From the NCBI GenBank assembly GCA_010015585.1, contig ML975157.1: 64,000 bases of DNA; one strand, given 5' to 3'. Made by a program: the position numbers and the translations under genes. The notes under the pieces are model-generated. The model had not been told where the DNA came from. It ran no database searches and saw nothing but the letters and a program-made list of their open reading frames with translations. Of this stretch, positions 62,129 through 64,000 are shown one piece after another. Source of the stretch: Eremomyces bilateralis CBS 781.70. Its lineage: Eukaryota. Position 1 is the first letter of the stretch, and every line of letters begins with the position of its first letter.

Positions 62129-62563
62129 TGTTTCTTAAGTTGTTTCTTAAGTTCTGTGACACGGTATGGAGCGGCTATCAGATGAGTGGTTGTATCGTCG
62201 ACACTGGGGTCCGGGAGGCGAAAGTGACGTGATGGTGTATTCTCCGATAATGAATTGATCAGGCTGGATAAGGGAGAGGCAATTGATTTCGGCTTGTATG
62301 AACCCCGGTAATATTAACTAACTAAGTTGTCCCAGTTGCGTGTCTGCGGAATATTGGGCGGTAAATGGTAAGAGCGGTGACAGCGAGTACTTACAGCCTG
62401 AGATACGGTGTCCCTCATTCACGTGGTGTTGTGATGCTGCTGTTGCGACCCTGGTGTTATCTATGTACTGTCAGGTACCATAAATAGTAATGATGTCCCA
62501 TAATACACTGGAATATCCGCGCCCCTGGTTCGTCAGCTGAAGCTTACCTCATCCACACTGTGG

Positions 62564-64000
62564 ACGCTAGACCCTTAATCTAGCGCCTACACTCTAAACG
62601 ATAATGTCGTCTAAACGATAACTTAATACATACTCCGCGCTATGAAGTTTATAGATACCAAAATTCCATCACCAACACTACTATTCATCTCCAAATCGAC
62701 ATCGCCAGATAGGATCAAGCCTCATGCTTCCGATTAAGCGCGAAATCTCTACATGTATGTCCTTGAACGCCTTCCGGTGGTTGATTTGGCGTGTCTTCCA
62801 GCCCCTAACCCATTTGTCCAATTCGGCCTGTTTCTCGCGCGCCGTGCGCTCCTTTATCATAGATCTAGCTTGTTGTGAAGTAATATATCCCATTTCGGAC
62901 CGGAGAACACGTTTGTTGCCTCGTTGTCGTGCCGCACGTGCTTGGGATTCCGCCATGTTGGCCTGTATCGTGTGTGACAATTGCTCGGCTTGGAGGGCGA
63001 ATTGGAGGCTACCGTTGAGGCTGCTATCGAAGTTTTGCACAAGAAGTGGTGGTAAATTTAGTTTCTCAATGTTGGCTAAGCACCATCGTACATGGTTGCG
63101 TGGCGTGGCATAGTCTTTCGTTGGGGAAAGTAGCCGCTGAATATCGGTGTCTGGAGGTGGCGTTTGATCTCGAATTCTAGCACTATGATCGTATGCTGTA
63201 AACGCGGCATCGATTGCCATCTTATCCTCACGGAGTTGGCGTAAAATCCGCTCAGGATTGTGAGGAATAAGGCCTGTTTCTTTCCATCCCTTTATAGTTG
63301 TTCGCGTCTTGAAAGTGTTCGTACGGATCGACTCGAGTGCGGCCAGAAATTCCACTCGATTAAATTGCGTGCAGCCAGTGCGAGTGGCTGCATCGACGGC
63401 CTCTGCATGCCAGTGTTTGTAAGGCTGAAATGGGCCGACATCAAGCGGCTGGAGGATGTGGCTTGTATGAGGCGGAAGACGAAATGGTATAACGTGGTGG
63501 GCTTCGAGTATCTCGAGGAACTCCTTCGTGCAGTGGCTATCGAAACCATCGAAGAGTAAGAGTCGGTATTTACCGCGTTGATGCTTAGACGAATGCTTAA
63601 TAAAATGCCTTGCGTAGATTAAGCTAATTTCGTCGTTGTTAAAGCCTATTTCAGAAAGGCAGACCGCATAGTCATCGGGTAAGTTTTGGAAGTGTTTCTC
63701 GAGAAATGCAGATCCAGGTAGAATAATGAGAGGCGGTATAACTGTACCATTACCACTTACCGCTTCAACAGCGGTAAGTGAATCTCGACATTCTGGAGAT
63801 GGAATATACTGCTTTTTACTCGGGTAGAATGAAATAATCTATTGGTGTTTGCCTACACCGACGCGGAAGCCAGTCTCGTCGAAATTCCACATGTCCTCGG
63901 TCGCGATTCCGTGTCGGATCTTAATATGGTATAGCTGCTCAAACCATCTCTCGAGAGCCTGGATATCATGAGCAGCTTTACGATTAGATCAAGTACACGT
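62564..64000 (-). mobile_element. Second Fot1/pogo-type transposase relic running off the window end, with candidate 3' terminal repeat
   Basis: MWNFDETGFRVG, in-frame TAG at 63839-63841, LTAVEAVSG, RLLLFDGFDSH, LPPHTSHILQPLDVGPFQPYK, GWKETGLIP. TCTAAACGATAA occurs twice (62593-62604, 62610-62621), like the internal direct repeats of Fot1-family TIRs. Confidence 0.9.

Noticed and set aside
1..64000. Starship captain (tyrosine recombinase), Fanzor/TnpB, NLR/HET genes, PKS/NRPS, rRNA, TPP riboswitch
   Set aside because: Looked for characteristic motifs by eye and found none; a covariance-model or HMM scan could still reveal small ncRNAs I cannot see.

Overview
Gene-dense eukaryotic DNA from a filamentous ascomycete (Pezizomycotina-type short GT-AG introns with CTRAC branch sites). 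The window holds about 19 intact-looking protein genes: Hsk3-like DASH subunit, Mrs2-family Mg transporter, TauD/JLP1-like dioxygenase, Mtc5/WDR59, Ubc13, Agd3-like CE18 deacetylase, New1/Elf1 ABC-F, O-methyltransferase, AIF/AMID-like oxidoreductase, glycine-zipper protein, Trm44, Pin2-like membrane protein, two F-box proteins, AA9 LPMO, ZIP transporter, Rgp1, peroxisomal acyl-CoA ligase and Sds23. There is also one tRNA-Lys(UUU) and four transposon relics (hAT, Tad1-like LINE, two Fot1/pogo). Most notable: (1) a sulfonate-scavenging module between the tRNA/hAT relic and the LINE relic, whose SOA1-like transporter is frameshifted and 3'-truncated; (2) an intronless, frameshift-split gene at 48060-49858 that resembles an uncharacterised bacterial/phage protein family (candidate horizontal transfer); (3) a GC3-rich O-methyltransferase plus oxidoreductase pair with no backbone synthase; (4) an Agd3-like deacetylase outside the galactosaminogalactan cluster. 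Family assignments are from motif recognition by eye, not database searches. I found no unambiguous new multi-gene system; the candidates are hypotheses.
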